Shown: positions 9,618-18,917 of the stretch, one piece after another
Numbering within the stretch: the stretch's first letter is position 1
Layout of the letters: each line of letters begins with the position of its first letter
NCBI GenBank assembly: GCA_013694625.1
Contig: JACDCD010000124.1
Location: forward strand, 7,539-71,538
Direction: 5' to 3'
Origin: Actinomycetota bacterium
GTDB lineage: Bacteria > Actinomycetota > CADDZG01 > WHSQ01
Length of the DNA: 64,000 nucleotides
The notes under the pieces: generated by a model
The model's database searches: none
What the model saw: only the letters and a program-made list of their open reading frames with translations
What the model was told of the DNA's origin: nothing
Position numbers and translations under genes: made by a program

Positions 9618-10688
9618 GTGGCCGCCTGGGCGGAAGGCCGGATCTCTGAAGTGCTCGAAGTAACGAGGGATCTGATGCGCGCGCATGCAACCGTCGAAGG
9701 GGAGGAGATCAGCGCCGTCGGCTTTCCCTCCATGCTGGGGCCGCTGAGCGTCGGAGACCGCGTCGTCCTGAATGTCACCGGGCTCGAGCTCGGCCTCGGC
9801 ACAGGAGGCGACGGCTTCATCCTGTGGAATCTGGACGGGGACGGAGCCCCCGGACCAGGGGAGGGGCACATCATCAAGCTTCGGTATACCCCCTGGCAGA
9901 CGGAGGTCGCTGCGGCCGAGGCCCCGGAGAGCCCCCACCATGAGGCTCTCAGCCAACTTGAGACAGTCTCGGGCATGCCGGTCATCGTTTGCGGCCTGCA
10001 TTCTCAGGTGGCCGGCGCGGTCGCCGGAGTCAGGGAGGCAGCACCCGACTCCCGCATTGGCTATCTCATGACCGATGGAGCGGCGCTTCCTCTGGCATGG
10101 AGCAGACTCGTCGCATCTCTGCGGTCTGCCGGGCTGATCGATGTCAGCTGTACGTCGGGTCATGCATTTGGCGGAGACCTCGAAAGCATCAATGTGTACA
10201 GCGGCCTGGCCGCCCTGCGCGCAGCCGGCGCCGCAGACGTCGTCGTTGCGGCCATGGGGCCCGGGGTTGTCGGGAGCGCAACGCGTTTGGGCTTTTCCGG
10301 GATGGAGGTCGGCGAATTGCTGGATGCGGCCGGTGCCCTGGGAGGTCACGCCGTAGCATGCCTCCGGATGTCGTTCTCCGACCCTCGACCGCGTCACCAG
10401 GGCGTCAGCCACCACAGTCTCACCGCGCTTCGGCTCGCCACCGCAAGGAGGGCGACGATAGCGGTTCCGCTGCTGCCCGAGGAGCCCGAGCGTCTGGTGC
10501 AGACAAGCCTTGCCGAGGCGGGTCTCGGCGAACGACACGAGTTGGCTTTCGCAGATGGACGACCGGGGCTCGAACTGCTTCGCCGCAAACAGATCGAGGT
10601 GACGTCCATGGGCCGGACATTGGATGAGACGCCCGAGCTCTGGGTGGCGGCGGCAGCGGCAGGCAGAGTGGCCACCAGGTGGTTGTGA
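9618..10688 (+). CDS. Conserved hypothetical protein, possibly DUF3866-like, embedded in the pupylation operon
   Basis: 356-aa ORF with a GTG start 1 nt after the pafA stop. Gly-rich motifs GLGTGGDG and AAMGPGVVGS, and HIIKLRYTPWQ, which I associate from memory with DUF3866. No recognisable catalytic family. Confidence 0.7.
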   Translation: MAAWAEGRISEVLEVTRDLMRAHATVEGEEISAVGFPSMLGPLSVGDRVVLNVTGLELGLGTGGDGFILWNLDGDGAPGPGEGHIIKLRYTPWQTEVAAAEAPESPHHEALSQLETVSGMPVIVCGLHSQVAGAVAGVREAAPDSRIGYLMTDGAALPLAWSRLVASLRSAGLIDVSCTSGHAFGGDLESINVYSGLAALRAAGAADVVVAAMGPGVVGSATRLGFSGMEVGELLDAAGALGGHAVACLRMSFSDPRPRHQGVSHHSLTALRLATARRATIAVPLLPEEPERLVQTSLAEAGLGERHELAFADGRPGLELLRRKQIEVTSMGRTLDETPELWVAAAAAGRVATRWL

Positions 10689-10757
10689 ACCGAACCACTC
10701 AGCGGCAGCCCTCCCTGGGCTACCAACTCCGGTATGGCGCGTGGGTACCCTGGCCTT

Positions 10758-11735
10758 ATGCGACGCATTGAGCGGCTGATCAATCTCATTGCTGCCTTGC
10801 TCGAGGCGCGCCGCCCGCTTACGGCCCAGGACATCAGAGACACGATCTCGGGCTATGACCAGCTCAACCACGACGCCTTCCGCCGGGCTTTCGAGCGTGA
10901 CAAAGATGCGCTGCGGTCGATGGGTATACCCCTCGACACGGTACCGGCCGACAAGATGCTGGATGGCCGCGCCGACGGTTACATCATCGCCAAATCACGC
11001 TATTACCTTCCCGAGCTCGACCTGAAGCCGGACGAGCTTGCGGCACTCAGGATCGCCGCCCAGGCGATACTTGGCGGCGCCACCGACGCCGAAAGCGGGT
11101 TGATGAAACTGTCGGTCGATTCAGGCGGCGATCCGGCGCCGGGCCCCCGCGTTGTCTGGGGCGCAGATCTGGCTGCCGAGCAGCCGTCGCTCGGTGCGTT
11201 CTATTCGGCGCTGTTGGATCACAAACCCGTCGAGTTCGGATACCAGACGGCGGGGGCGGCCGCGGCTTCCAGGCGCAGGGTCTACCCCTACGGTCTTGTC
11301 CACCGCCGAGGCCACTGGTACGTCGTAGGACAGGACATCGACAAGGATGACGTGCGCGCCTTCAAGGTCGCACGCGTCTCGGGCGCCATAACGCGTATGG
11401 ACGGCAGCTATTCGATCCCTTCTTCGTTCGATGCCGCCGCACACGTCGGAGGAGAAGCGTGGGCGATCGGACCGGAGGCATCCGACGCCACCCTCGTGCG
11501 TTTCGATGCTTCCATGCGGTGGTGGGTCGAGCAGAACATGCGGGGTCTGCCCACGTCGCCGGGGGCGGAGGGCGCACTTGACGTCGAGGTGCCGGTGGCG
11601 AATGTAGATGCGCTCATCTCGTGGATCATCGGTTTCGGCTCCGAGGTCGAGATTCTTGCGCCTGAATCGGCGCGCCGCCGGCTCATCGAGCATCTGGCCC
11701 CATATCTCGAGCAACATCTAGAGCAGCCCGCGTGA
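10758..11735 (+). CDS. pafB: PafB (HTH-WYL transcriptional regulator, PafBC heterodimer)
   Basis: MRRIERLINLIAALLEARRPLTAQDIRDTISGY winged-HTH N-terminus and a WYL-type middle region (HRRGHWYVVG). An alternative ATG lies at 10734. Confidence 0.8.
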   Translation: MRRIERLINLIAALLEARRPLTAQDIRDTISGYDQLNHDAFRRAFERDKDALRSMGIPLDTVPADKMLDGRADGYIIAKSRYYLPELDLKPDELAALRIAAQAILGGATDAESGLMKLSVDSGGDPAPGPRVVWGADLAAEQPSLGAFYSALLDHKPVEFGYQTAGAAAASRRRVYPYGLVHRRGHWYVVGQDIDKDDVRAFKVARVSGAITRMDGSYSIPSSFDAAAHVGGEAWAIGPEASDATLVRFDASMRWWVEQNMRGLPTSPGAEGALDVEVPVANVDALISWIIGFGSEVEILAPESARRRLIEHLAPYLEQHLEQPA

Positions 11736-12745
11736 GCCCGGAAGACAAAGGACGACTGGGAAGGCGCCTGGGTCGCATCCTCGTCCTGCTCCCGTACGCC
11801 ATCCGCAACCCGGGCATCAGTGTCGATGAATTGGCACAGAGATTCGGTATCGCTCGCCGGGAGCTGATCGACGACCTCAACCTCGTGTTCCTCTGCGGCC
11901 TGCCCGGTTATGGACCGGGTGATCTGATCGACGTGAGCCTCGAAGAGGATCGTGTCTACGTCGACATGGCCGACTATTTCAGCCTTCCGTTGAGGCTCAC
12001 CCCCACAGAGGCACTTGCCCTCTACGCTGGAGGGGAGGCAATCGCGGCCCTGCCGGGAATGGAGGAGGCAGAAGCACTGAGGCGCGCCCTGGGCAAACTC
12101 GGTCGCGCACTTGGGCCGGGTGCGGGCGGGGATACCAGCGGCATCAAAGTCGAGCTGGATGCTGGACCTCAGGAGCACCTCGAGAGCATTCAGAAGGCTC
12201 TTCATGAACGGCGCAGGCTGCGGTTGGAGTATTTCTCTGCGTCGCGTGGCGAGATGACCCAGCGCACGGTTGACCCCTGGGGCCTCGTTGCCGCCCTCGG
12301 ACGTTGGTATGTGGTCGCGTATGACCACCGAACCCGGGACGAGCGCATGTTCCGCACCGACAGGATCAAGACAGTCGAGGTGCTCGATGAGCTTGCGGAT
12401 GTGCCCACGGATTTCGATCCGGACGAGTACCGCGGCGCGTGGTCGGGCAGGAGGGCGCCGGATGTCGTGAGCTTCGAGATCTCACCCGCCGCCGGACGCT
12501 GGTTCGAGGACTACTACCCGGTCACGCGCTCGGCGATTCTCGACGATGGTTGGAGTGCGATCGAGATCGCTACCAGCGGGGAGGTCTGGGCAGCGACACT
12601 GTTGTTGCGTCTGGGTAAGGACGTGCGCAACGTGAGGCCCCAAGTTGTTGCCGACCACGCCCGTCGGCTGGCAACAGCCCTGGCACAACGGCATCGGTCC
12701 CCTGAGATCGGCGTCGCGCAGGGAAGCGCGGGGCTAAACCTTTAG
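11732..12745 (+). CDS. pafC: PafC (HTH-WYL transcriptional regulator)
   Basis: GTG start overlaps the pafB stop (GTGA). ILVLLPYAIRNPGISVDELAQRFGI HTH and WYL-type RWYVVAYDHR. Confidence 0.8.
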   Translation: MSPEDKGRLGRRLGRILVLLPYAIRNPGISVDELAQRFGIARRELIDDLNLVFLCGLPGYGPGDLIDVSLEEDRVYVDMADYFSLPLRLTPTEALALYAGGEAIAALPGMEEAEALRRALGKLGRALGPGAGGDTSGIKVELDAGPQEHLESIQKALHERRRLRLEYFSASRGEMTQRTVDPWGLVAALGRWYVVAYDHRTRDERMFRTDRIKTVEVLDELADVPTDFDPDEYRGAWSGRRAPDVVSFEISPAAGRWFEDYYPVTRSAILDDGWSAIEIATSGEVWAATLLLRLGKDVRNVRPQVVADHARRLATALAQRHRSPEIGVAQGSAGLNL

Positions 12746-12794
12746 GTCAAAGCGTCGATACAGAACGCATGTTGCAAATAGAAGAAGGCCCCCG

Positions 12795-13145
12795 ATGAAC
12801 ACCACCATCAAGGCCACCTGCCCGGCATGCGGCGAGGTCGCCCTGACCTCGGAGGACGTAGTCCTTCGGATCGGCCCGGCCACGTCGACAAACAGCTATG
12901 GGTTCTCGTGTCCGCGATGCACCCAGTTCGTGACCAAGACCGCCGATGAGCGGGTCGTGAGGCTCTTGCTTTCCGGAGGCGTGCGTCCCATACCGATTCA
13001 TGTTCCTGCAGAGGTCCTGGAGTACCGAAGCGGCCCGCCGATCAACCACGACGATATTCTCGCTCTTCACGAGTTGCTGGACGGCGACAACTGGTTCGAG
13101 GAGCTGAGCGGCCGCCGGAGCGCAGCCGACCCCCCCACCGTTTAA
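12795..13145 (+). CDS. Hypothetical small protein with CxxC...CxxC zinc-ribbon
   Basis: 116 aa. RBS GAAGAAGG precedes the ATG. CPACGEV...CPRCTQF. No recognised family. Confidence 0.55.
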   Translation: MNTTIKATCPACGEVALTSEDVVLRIGPATSTNSYGFSCPRCTQFVTKTADERVVRLLLSGGVRPIPIHVPAEVLEYRSGPPINHDDILALHELLDGDNWFEELSGRRSAADPPTV

Positions 13146-13194
13146 GGGCCGCTCCGCAACCACTCAGCGCCACCCATTTGCCCGCCCCTGCCTC

Positions 13195-13200
13195 TAGACT
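13195..13200 (+). promoter_or_regulatory. Candidate -10 box TAGACT giving a leaderless tatA mRNA
   Basis: TAGACT (TAnnnT class) ends 6 nt before the A of the tatA ATG (13207). There is no RBS in between. Confidence 0.4.
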
Positions 13201-13206
13201 GCGCCT

Positions 13207-13641
13207 ATGCCACAGTTAGGCCCACTCGAGATCATCGCCGTAGCGGTCATCGCCTTGATCGTCTTCGGGCCCCACCGGCTCCCGGAAATTGCCAGAACTC
13301 TCGGCCGCGTGATCTCCGAATTCAAGCGTCAGGCCACCGATCTCACGAGCGAGTTCAAGACCGGTCTCGACCTGAATCTGGATGATGACGATGACGATGA
13401 TGAGGATATTCCCGAGCCCGTGTCCACCGGCCTCTACGCCACTGCGGATGATGCCGAGGGGGACCCGGCGGAGCCTCCCCTCACCGCCGGCGCCGAGGCG
13501 GCCGAGCCTCCTGCCGCGATGAACAACGGTGCGCCCGTTCAAGTGCCCCAGGAGCCCCTGGAGGCAGCCACCGGGTCGGAGTCCTCCGGGAGACCTTCTG
13601 GTGAGACCGGAGATCCGGCCGAACGGGAGAGGGACGGATGA
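13207..13641 (+). CDS. tatA: Twin-arginine translocase subunit TatA/E with long acidic C-terminal tail
   Basis: MPQLGPLEIIAVAVIALIVFGPHRLPEIARTLG is the hallmark TM plus amphipathic helix. Tail contains the LDDDDDDDED run. Confidence 0.9.
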   Translation: MPQLGPLEIIAVAVIALIVFGPHRLPEIARTLGRVISEFKRQATDLTSEFKTGLDLNLDDDDDDDEDIPEPVSTGLYATADDAEGDPAEPPLTAGAEAAEPPAAMNNGAPVQVPQEPLEAATGSESSGRPSGETGDPAERERDG

Positions 13642-14447
13642 GCCGTGTAGAGAACCGGCGGCGATTCGGGTTCCGGCGACGCCGCAACCAGAGGCCCGTT
13701 CCCGACGCGATGACGGTGATGGAGCATCTCGTCGAGCTGAGAGATCGCATCATCAAGTCGCTGGTCGCCTTTGCCCTGATCTCGATTGTGGCCTTCATCG
13801 TGTACCCGTACCTGTTCGACATTGTGCTCAGGCCCTATTGCTCACTGCCCGAAGAGCTCAAGAGGGGCACGCAGGGATGCAACCTCATCATCACCAAGGC
13901 CACAGGAGGATTCCAGTTCAGGCTCAAGGTTACTGCGCTGGCCGGATTCCTGTTCGCTTCGCCGGTATGGCTCTATCAGCTGTGGGCCTTTGTCACCCCG
14001 GGCCTGACGCTCAAAGAGAAGCGTTATGCGCTGCCATTCGTGCTGAGCTCCGTGACGTTCTTTCTGGTCGGATCGACGATTGCCTACTACGCGCTGCCTG
14101 GGGCGCTGAGCCTCCTGTTGCGCATCGGAGGCCCCGACCTCATTGCCTTTCTGGACGCCGAGTCCTATCTGAATTTCGTCGGGCTGATGCTCATAGCCTT
14201 CGGCGTGATGTTCGAGCTGCCGCTGGTCTTGTTCTTCCTCGGGTTGGGGGGGGTTGTCTCCATCGAACAGCTCCGGCGCCAGAGAAAGGTCGCAATCGTA
14301 TCCATCGTTGCGCTGGCGGCGGTGGTTACACCCAGCCAGGACCCCTACACCATGATGATCCTAGCCGTTCCCCTCTACATCATGTACGAGCTGACCATCG
14401 TCCTCCTTGCCTTCATGACGAGACGGCAGACGCGAAAGTCCGTATAG
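13638..14447 (+). CDS. tatC: Twin-arginine translocase subunit TatC
   Basis: 269 aa with an ATGA overlap with tatA. MEHLVELRDRIIKS and six predicted TM segments. Confidence 0.9.
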   Translation: MSRVENRRRFGFRRRRNQRPVPDAMTVMEHLVELRDRIIKSLVAFALISIVAFIVYPYLFDIVLRPYCSLPEELKRGTQGCNLIITKATGGFQFRLKVTALAGFLFASPVWLYQLWAFVTPGLTLKEKRYALPFVLSSVTFFLVGSTIAYYALPGALSLLLRIGGPDLIAFLDAESYLNFVGLMLIAFGVMFELPLVLFFLGLGGVVSIEQLRRQRKVAIVSIVALAAVVTPSQDPYTMMILAVPLYIMYELTIVLLAFMTRRQTRKSV

Positions 14448-14454
14448 GCGTCTC

Positions 14455-15165
14455 ATGCCGATCAAAGGAAAGAAAAAGCCCGCAAGTCGTGGAAGTCGTT
14501 CCCGTCGGGCGCCGGCAGCTGCTCCCCGCCCACTTGCGACCGGTCGACGGCGCACCCCCTGGCACAGAACTCCTGCAGGAAGGGTGGTCGCCGCGATCAC
14601 GGTCCTTGCGATGTTGAGCCTGGTGATCGGACTGGTGGTGAACGCGCGCTCGAGCGGGAACGCTACGGTCGAGCGCCGGGAAGCCCTCGAACGTTATGCG
14701 GGTGAGATGCGGGCGCTGCTACAACGGGTGGCCCCTCCCGCCGGCGCGGTCGCAGCCTTGGCAAGCGTCCCGGCCGGTAAGGTCGTCAAGTCGGCAGAAG
14801 CCGACGCCACCGGGTGGGTCAAGAGCTTTCAGGAGGCAGCGACCGAGGCTGGGGCGATAACGCCGCCGGTTGAGGTCGCGCCGGCGCACGGCTTGTTCCT
14901 GGATTCGTTACTGCTGTATGCAAGTTCGGCGCAGACCTATGGGCTGGCCCTCGATCTCCAAGGCAGGGTGCAGTCCGGGATCCTGATTCAGGCGTCCGAG
15001 CAGCGGGCGCGTGCGGAATCGGTGTGGACCAATGCCGTGGGAGTGGTGGATCGAAGTCTCGCCGACGCCGGGGCGGAACCCTCGGGATTGGCGCCGCCCA
15101 GCGCCGGGGGGCCGGCGCAGATCCCTCCACCGGAAGGCGAGAAGAACGCCGGCGAAGACAACTAG
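14455..15165 (+). CDS. Hypothetical single-pass membrane protein with basic N-terminus
   Basis: 236 aa. Lys/Arg-rich N-terminus, one hydrophobic helix (VVAAITVLAMLSLVIGLVV), and an Ala-rich extracytoplasmic part. Confidence 0.5.
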   Translation: MPIKGKKKPASRGSRSRRAPAAAPRPLATGRRRTPWHRTPAGRVVAAITVLAMLSLVIGLVVNARSSGNATVERREALERYAGEMRALLQRVAPPAGAVAALASVPAGKVVKSAEADATGWVKSFQEAATEAGAITPPVEVAPAHGLFLDSLLLYASSAQTYGLALDLQGRVQSGILIQASEQRARAESVWTNAVGVVDRSLADAGAEPSGLAPPSAGGPAQIPPPEGEKNAGEDN

Positions 15166-15196
15166 GCTCACTGCTACGGCTCCCACCGACGCCTCC

Positions 15197-17839
15197 CTGC
15201 TCGAGTCCTTCCAACGCTCGTACGGGTTTGCCTTCGACCCCTTCCAGCGGCGCGGCTGTGCAGCGTTGTCCGACGGTTCTTCGGTGCTGGTCGCGGCGCC
15301 CACGGGTGCAGGTAAAACCGTGGTCGGCGAGTTCGCCGCCTGGCTTGCGCTTCGGGGCGGGGGCAAGACCTTCTACACCACTCCTATCAAGGCGCTGTCG
15401 AATCAGAAGTACGGAGATTTCGTGGAACTCCACGGCGCGGCGCAGGTCGGATTACTCACCGGGGACAACTCGATCAACGGTGACGCCCCCATTGTGGTGA
15501 TGACAACCGAGGTCCTGAGAAACATGATCTATGAGGACTCGCCGGCGCTTGGGGGTCTCCGCTATGTGGTGCTCGACGAAGTCCACTACCTTCAAAACCC
15601 GTATCGCGGCGCCGTATGGGAGGAGATTCTCATTCACCTTCCTGTCGATGTCCTGACGGTGTCATTGTCCGCAACCGTCTCCAACGCCGAGGAGTTCGGA
15701 GAGTGGGTGCAGACCCTGCGCGGCAGGACGGAGGTGGTGATCGAAGAGCATCGTCCGGTCGAAATAAGGCATTGGTATTTCGTCGCCGATGAATTGTTGC
15801 CTATGTTCATACGGCGCGCCGGAGGAAAGGCGTCGCCCAATCCGCGCGCTCGCGAGTACGACAGGGGGCGCCGGCGGGGGGGTGCACGCCCGGAACGGGG
15901 CGGACGACGGCCGAAGCGCCCGCGCATCCCCCGCCGCTCGGATGTCGTGGATCGCCTGAGCGGTGAAGGCATGCTCCCCGCCATCTACTTCATCTTCTCG
16001 CGCAAAGGATGCGACGAGGCGGTGCGTCAGTGCCTGCGCGAGGCGGTGACATTGACGTCCGGTCAGGAGCGACGGGAGATCAATGAGCACGCATACGAGC
16101 GCGTGGCGGATCTGTCACCCGGAGAACTGGACATTCTCGGCTTCGCCGAGTGGCTGGACGGGTTGAGCAACGGCATAGCGGCTCACCACGCAGGCATGAT
16201 TCCTCCGTTCAAAGAAATCGTCGAAGAGCTGTTCTCCCGCAACCTCGTGAAGGTCGTGTTCGCGACCGAGACCCTGGCCCTGGGCATCAACATGCCTGCC
16301 CGCACGGTGGTGGTCGAGAGCCTGATGAAGTTCACAGGAGAACGACACGAGCAAATGACCCCGGGTGAATACACACAACTGTCGGGCCGGGCAGGGCGGC
16401 GCGGCATCGACGAGCTCGGGCACTCCGTCGTCCTCATGCAGCGTTTCGTGCAGTTCGAGGCGATCACCCGGCTGGCATCGACGCGGACATATCCGCTTCG
16501 ATCCTCTTTCCAACCCTCGTACAACATGGCCGTGAACCTGGTACGCAACTACAACCGCGAAGAGTCCGAGCATCTCGTGAACTCGTCCCTGGCCCAGTGG
16601 CAGACGGACCGGGACGTGGTGCGGCTCGAACAGGCGCGCGAACGCAGCGCGGCGTACCTGGCCTCCTATCGAGAGCGTCTGGAGTGTGACCGAGGTGACT
16701 TCGATGAGTACGCACGTTTGTGGGAGCAGGTCCGTTCGCTTGAAGGACGCGCCGGGAACCAGGAGGCGGCTGCACGCCGGCGGGGGATTCAAGAGGCGGT
16801 GGATGGGCTCAGGAAGGGCGATGTGCTGGATATACCCACCGGGAAGAAGCGAGGTCGCTACGCGGTCCTTCAGATCCTTCCCGCACGGTCCGAACGCGCA
16901 CCCCGGATAGTCGCTCTCTCGGGCGAACGCACCGTGGTGCGTTTCTCCTCGACCGAGTTGCGTGAACCCCCCGCTCCGGTTGGCCGCATCGAGGTGCCCT
17001 CGGATTTCACGACCAAGAGCTCCAGGGCGCGCCGGGAGCTGGCGCGGCAGTTGAGCCAGGTGAACGGGGGCGGCCGGTCACGGGCTTCAGGACCCGCGGA
17101 GACGTTGGACCAGGGTGAGCTGGGCGAGTTGCGCCGCCGGCTCGAATCGCACCCGTGTCACCGTTGTCCCGAGCTGGGAAGGCACTTGCATTTCCTGGAC
17201 CGGGCGGCCCGGCTGGAACGCGAGGTCACAGGGATGGACCGGCGCATTCACCGGCGCACCGGGACATTGGCGCGCCGCTTCAACCAGGTCCTCGAGGTTC
17301 TCGAACAACTTGGCTACGTCGCCGGCTGGCAGCTGACGGGCAAGGGGAAGGACCTCACCGGTGTGTATAACGAGTCCGATCTCCTGGTGGTCGAGGCGCT
17401 CGAGCAGGAGCTCTTCGATGAGTTGTCCCCATCCGAGCTTGCCGCAGTGTGCTCGACTCTGGTTTTTGAGACCCGTGGGCCGGAGAGCGAAGCGGTTGCA
17501 GACATGCCCACCAAGGCAAGCGCCCAAGCTTGGGCGGAGTTGATGTCGCTGTGGGCGGGCATCCACAATCAGGAGCGGGAGCGGGGCCTGGAGCTCACCC
17601 GCGAGCCGGACCCCGGCTTCGCCCGGCGCGCCCACCAATGGGCCGCCGGAGCACCGCTTGAAGACGTGCTCGGGGCTGACGACGCACCGGGTGACTTCGT
17701 TCGCTCCACGAAGCAGCTCATCGACCTGCTGCGCCAGCTTGCCGAGATCGCCCCGGGAACGGAGCTAGAGGCGAAGATCCGCACTGCGCTGGAGGGCCTG
17801 CAGCGCGGCGTGGTTGCCTACTCATCGCTGGACCTTTGA
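15197..17839 (+). CDS. helY: Ski2-like DEAD/DEAH-box RNA helicase HelY
   Basis: FDPFQRRGC..., Walker A AAPTGAGKT, DEVH box (VVLDEVHY), SAT, and a C-terminal DSHCT-like region. Position after tatC as in Mtb. Start unresolved: GTG 15011 and ATG 15032 overlap the upstream gene by more than 130 nt. CTG 15197 fits the homolog N-terminus. Confidence 0.85.
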   Translation: MLESFQRSYGFAFDPFQRRGCAALSDGSSVLVAAPTGAGKTVVGEFAAWLALRGGGKTFYTTPIKALSNQKYGDFVELHGAAQVGLLTGDNSINGDAPIVVMTTEVLRNMIYEDSPALGGLRYVVLDEVHYLQNPYRGAVWEEILIHLPVDVLTVSLSATVSNAEEFGEWVQTLRGRTEVVIEEHRPVEIRHWYFVADELLPMFIRRAGGKASPNPRAREYDRGRRRGGARPERGGRRPKRPRIPRRSDVVDRLSGEGMLPAIYFIFSRKGCDEAVRQCLREAVTLTSGQERREINEHAYERVADLSPGELDILGFAEWLDGLSNGIAAHHAGMIPPFKEIVEELFSRNLVKVVFATETLALGINMPARTVVVESLMKFTGERHEQMTPGEYTQLSGRAGRRGIDELGHSVVLMQRFVQFEAITRLASTRTYPLRSSFQPSYNMAVNLVRNYNREESEHLVNSSLAQWQTDRDVVRLEQARERSAAYLASYRERLECDRGDFDEYARLWEQVRSLEGRAGNQEAAARRRGIQEAVDGLRKGDVLDIPTGKKRGRYAVLQILPARSERAPRIVALSGERTVVRFSSTELREPPAPVGRIEVPSDFTTKSSRARRELARQLSQVNGGGRSRASGPAETLDQGELGELRRRLESHPCHRCPELGRHLHFLDRAARLEREVTGMDRRIHRRTGTLARRFNQVLEVLEQLGYVAGWQLTGKGKDLTGVYNESDLLVVEALEQELFDELSPSELAAVCSTLVFETRGPESEAVADMPTKASAQAWAELMSLWAGIHNQERERGLELTREPDPGFARRAHQWAAGAPLEDVLGADDAPGDFVRSTKQLIDLLRQLAEIAPGTELEAKIRTALEGLQRGVVAYSSLDL

Positions 17840-17843
17840 CGCC

Positions 17844-18755
17844 ATGACAGGCCCAATGGTCCTGATCTTCAATCCGGCCGCTCGCGGGGGGCGCTCGAAA
17901 CAGTACCTGGAAGAGGTGCGGTCGCAGTTGGAGCAACGCAGACTGCCGTATGAGGTAAGGCCGACCGAGCGGCCTGGACATGCAACCGAGATAGCGAAGC
18001 TATCGCTGGAGGCTGGAGCCAAGCTGATCGTGGCCGTGGGGGGCGACGGCACGATCCACGAGGTGGTGAACGGCATGGTCCACGATGACGAGCCGGTTGT
18101 CCCCGGCGCGACCCTGGGGGTTATCGCTGCAGGCACTGCGTGCGACTTCGTCAAGACGTTCGGCATCCCGACCATGCCGGCGCACGCCGTCGCCCACCTG
18201 GACGGCCCCGAGTCCTTCCCCATCGACCTCGGCAGCGTGCGGTACGAGCAGGGCGGCCGGTGGCACAAGCGCTATTTCGCCAATGTCGCCGAGGTGGGAC
18301 TCGGGGCGGAGGTGGTTCGGCGCGCCATTCGGATACCCCGCGTATTCCATCCACTGAACTACCACCTCGCCTTTTGGTGGTCGGTTGTCCGGCACGAGCC
18401 CGCCGAGGTCGAAGTCGACCTCACGGACAGGACCTACCGGGGACCCATGACCAATCTGGTGGCCGCCAACTGCCAGTTCTTCGCCGGCGGAATGAAGGTC
18501 GCCCCCAAGGCCGCACCCACCGACGGCGTCCTCGATTTTCAGATCCAGTTCCCCTCCAAGAGGGAAGCCATTGCTCTGTTGCCGAAGACCTATCAGGGTA
18601 CGCACGTCCCGCACCCGCATATCAGGGAAGCAAAACGGGTGAGGGTGTCGATCACGTCGGAGCGTCCTCTGCCGATCGAGGCGGACGGACAGATGTTGGG
18701 CCACACCCCCGCAATCTTCGAGGTAGTCAAGGACGTGATCTCTCTGAAGGTGTAG
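17844..18755 (+). CDS. Diacylglycerol-kinase-family lipid kinase (YegS/DagK-like)
   Basis: MVLIFNPAARGG... and the GGDGTIHEVVNG catalytic-domain motif. ATG 17844 lies just after the helY stop. Confidence 0.85.
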   Translation: MTGPMVLIFNPAARGGRSKQYLEEVRSQLEQRRLPYEVRPTERPGHATEIAKLSLEAGAKLIVAVGGDGTIHEVVNGMVHDDEPVVPGATLGVIAAGTACDFVKTFGIPTMPAHAVAHLDGPESFPIDLGSVRYEQGGRWHKRYFANVAEVGLGAEVVRRAIRIPRVFHPLNYHLAFWWSVVRHEPAEVEVDLTDRTYRGPMTNLVAANCQFFAGGMKVAPKAAPTDGVLDFQIQFPSKREAIALLPKTYQGTHVPHPHIREAKRVRVSITSERPLPIEADGQMLGHTPAIFEVVKDVISLKV

Positions 18756-18917
18756 AGAAAGGGGGTGGGCCGGCTTTGAGTCTCAGATTCTTGACGGGCG
18801 AATAGGCCCACCGCGGCGGCGGGCTCGTCGACGGTTGCTTCCTCTAGGATGGAGGCAGCGAGCTGGTGGAGATCTCTCAGCTTGCTCGACCGCTCAGGCA
18901 TATCTGAGAGAGAAGCA

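Noticed and set aside
12761-12776. LexA/Cheo-like box cAGAACgcatGTTGCa upstream of the zinc-ribbon ORF.
   Set aside because: Only 8 of 12 half-site positions match TCGAAC-N4-GTTCGA, and the second half reads GTTG rather than GTTC. That is too weak to call without binding data.
13375-13410. GAT/GAC tandem repeat run, possibly a micro-satellite or CRISPR-like repeat.
   Set aside because: It simply encodes the poly-Asp tract of the TatA tail. No repeat-spacer architecture exists anywhere in the window.
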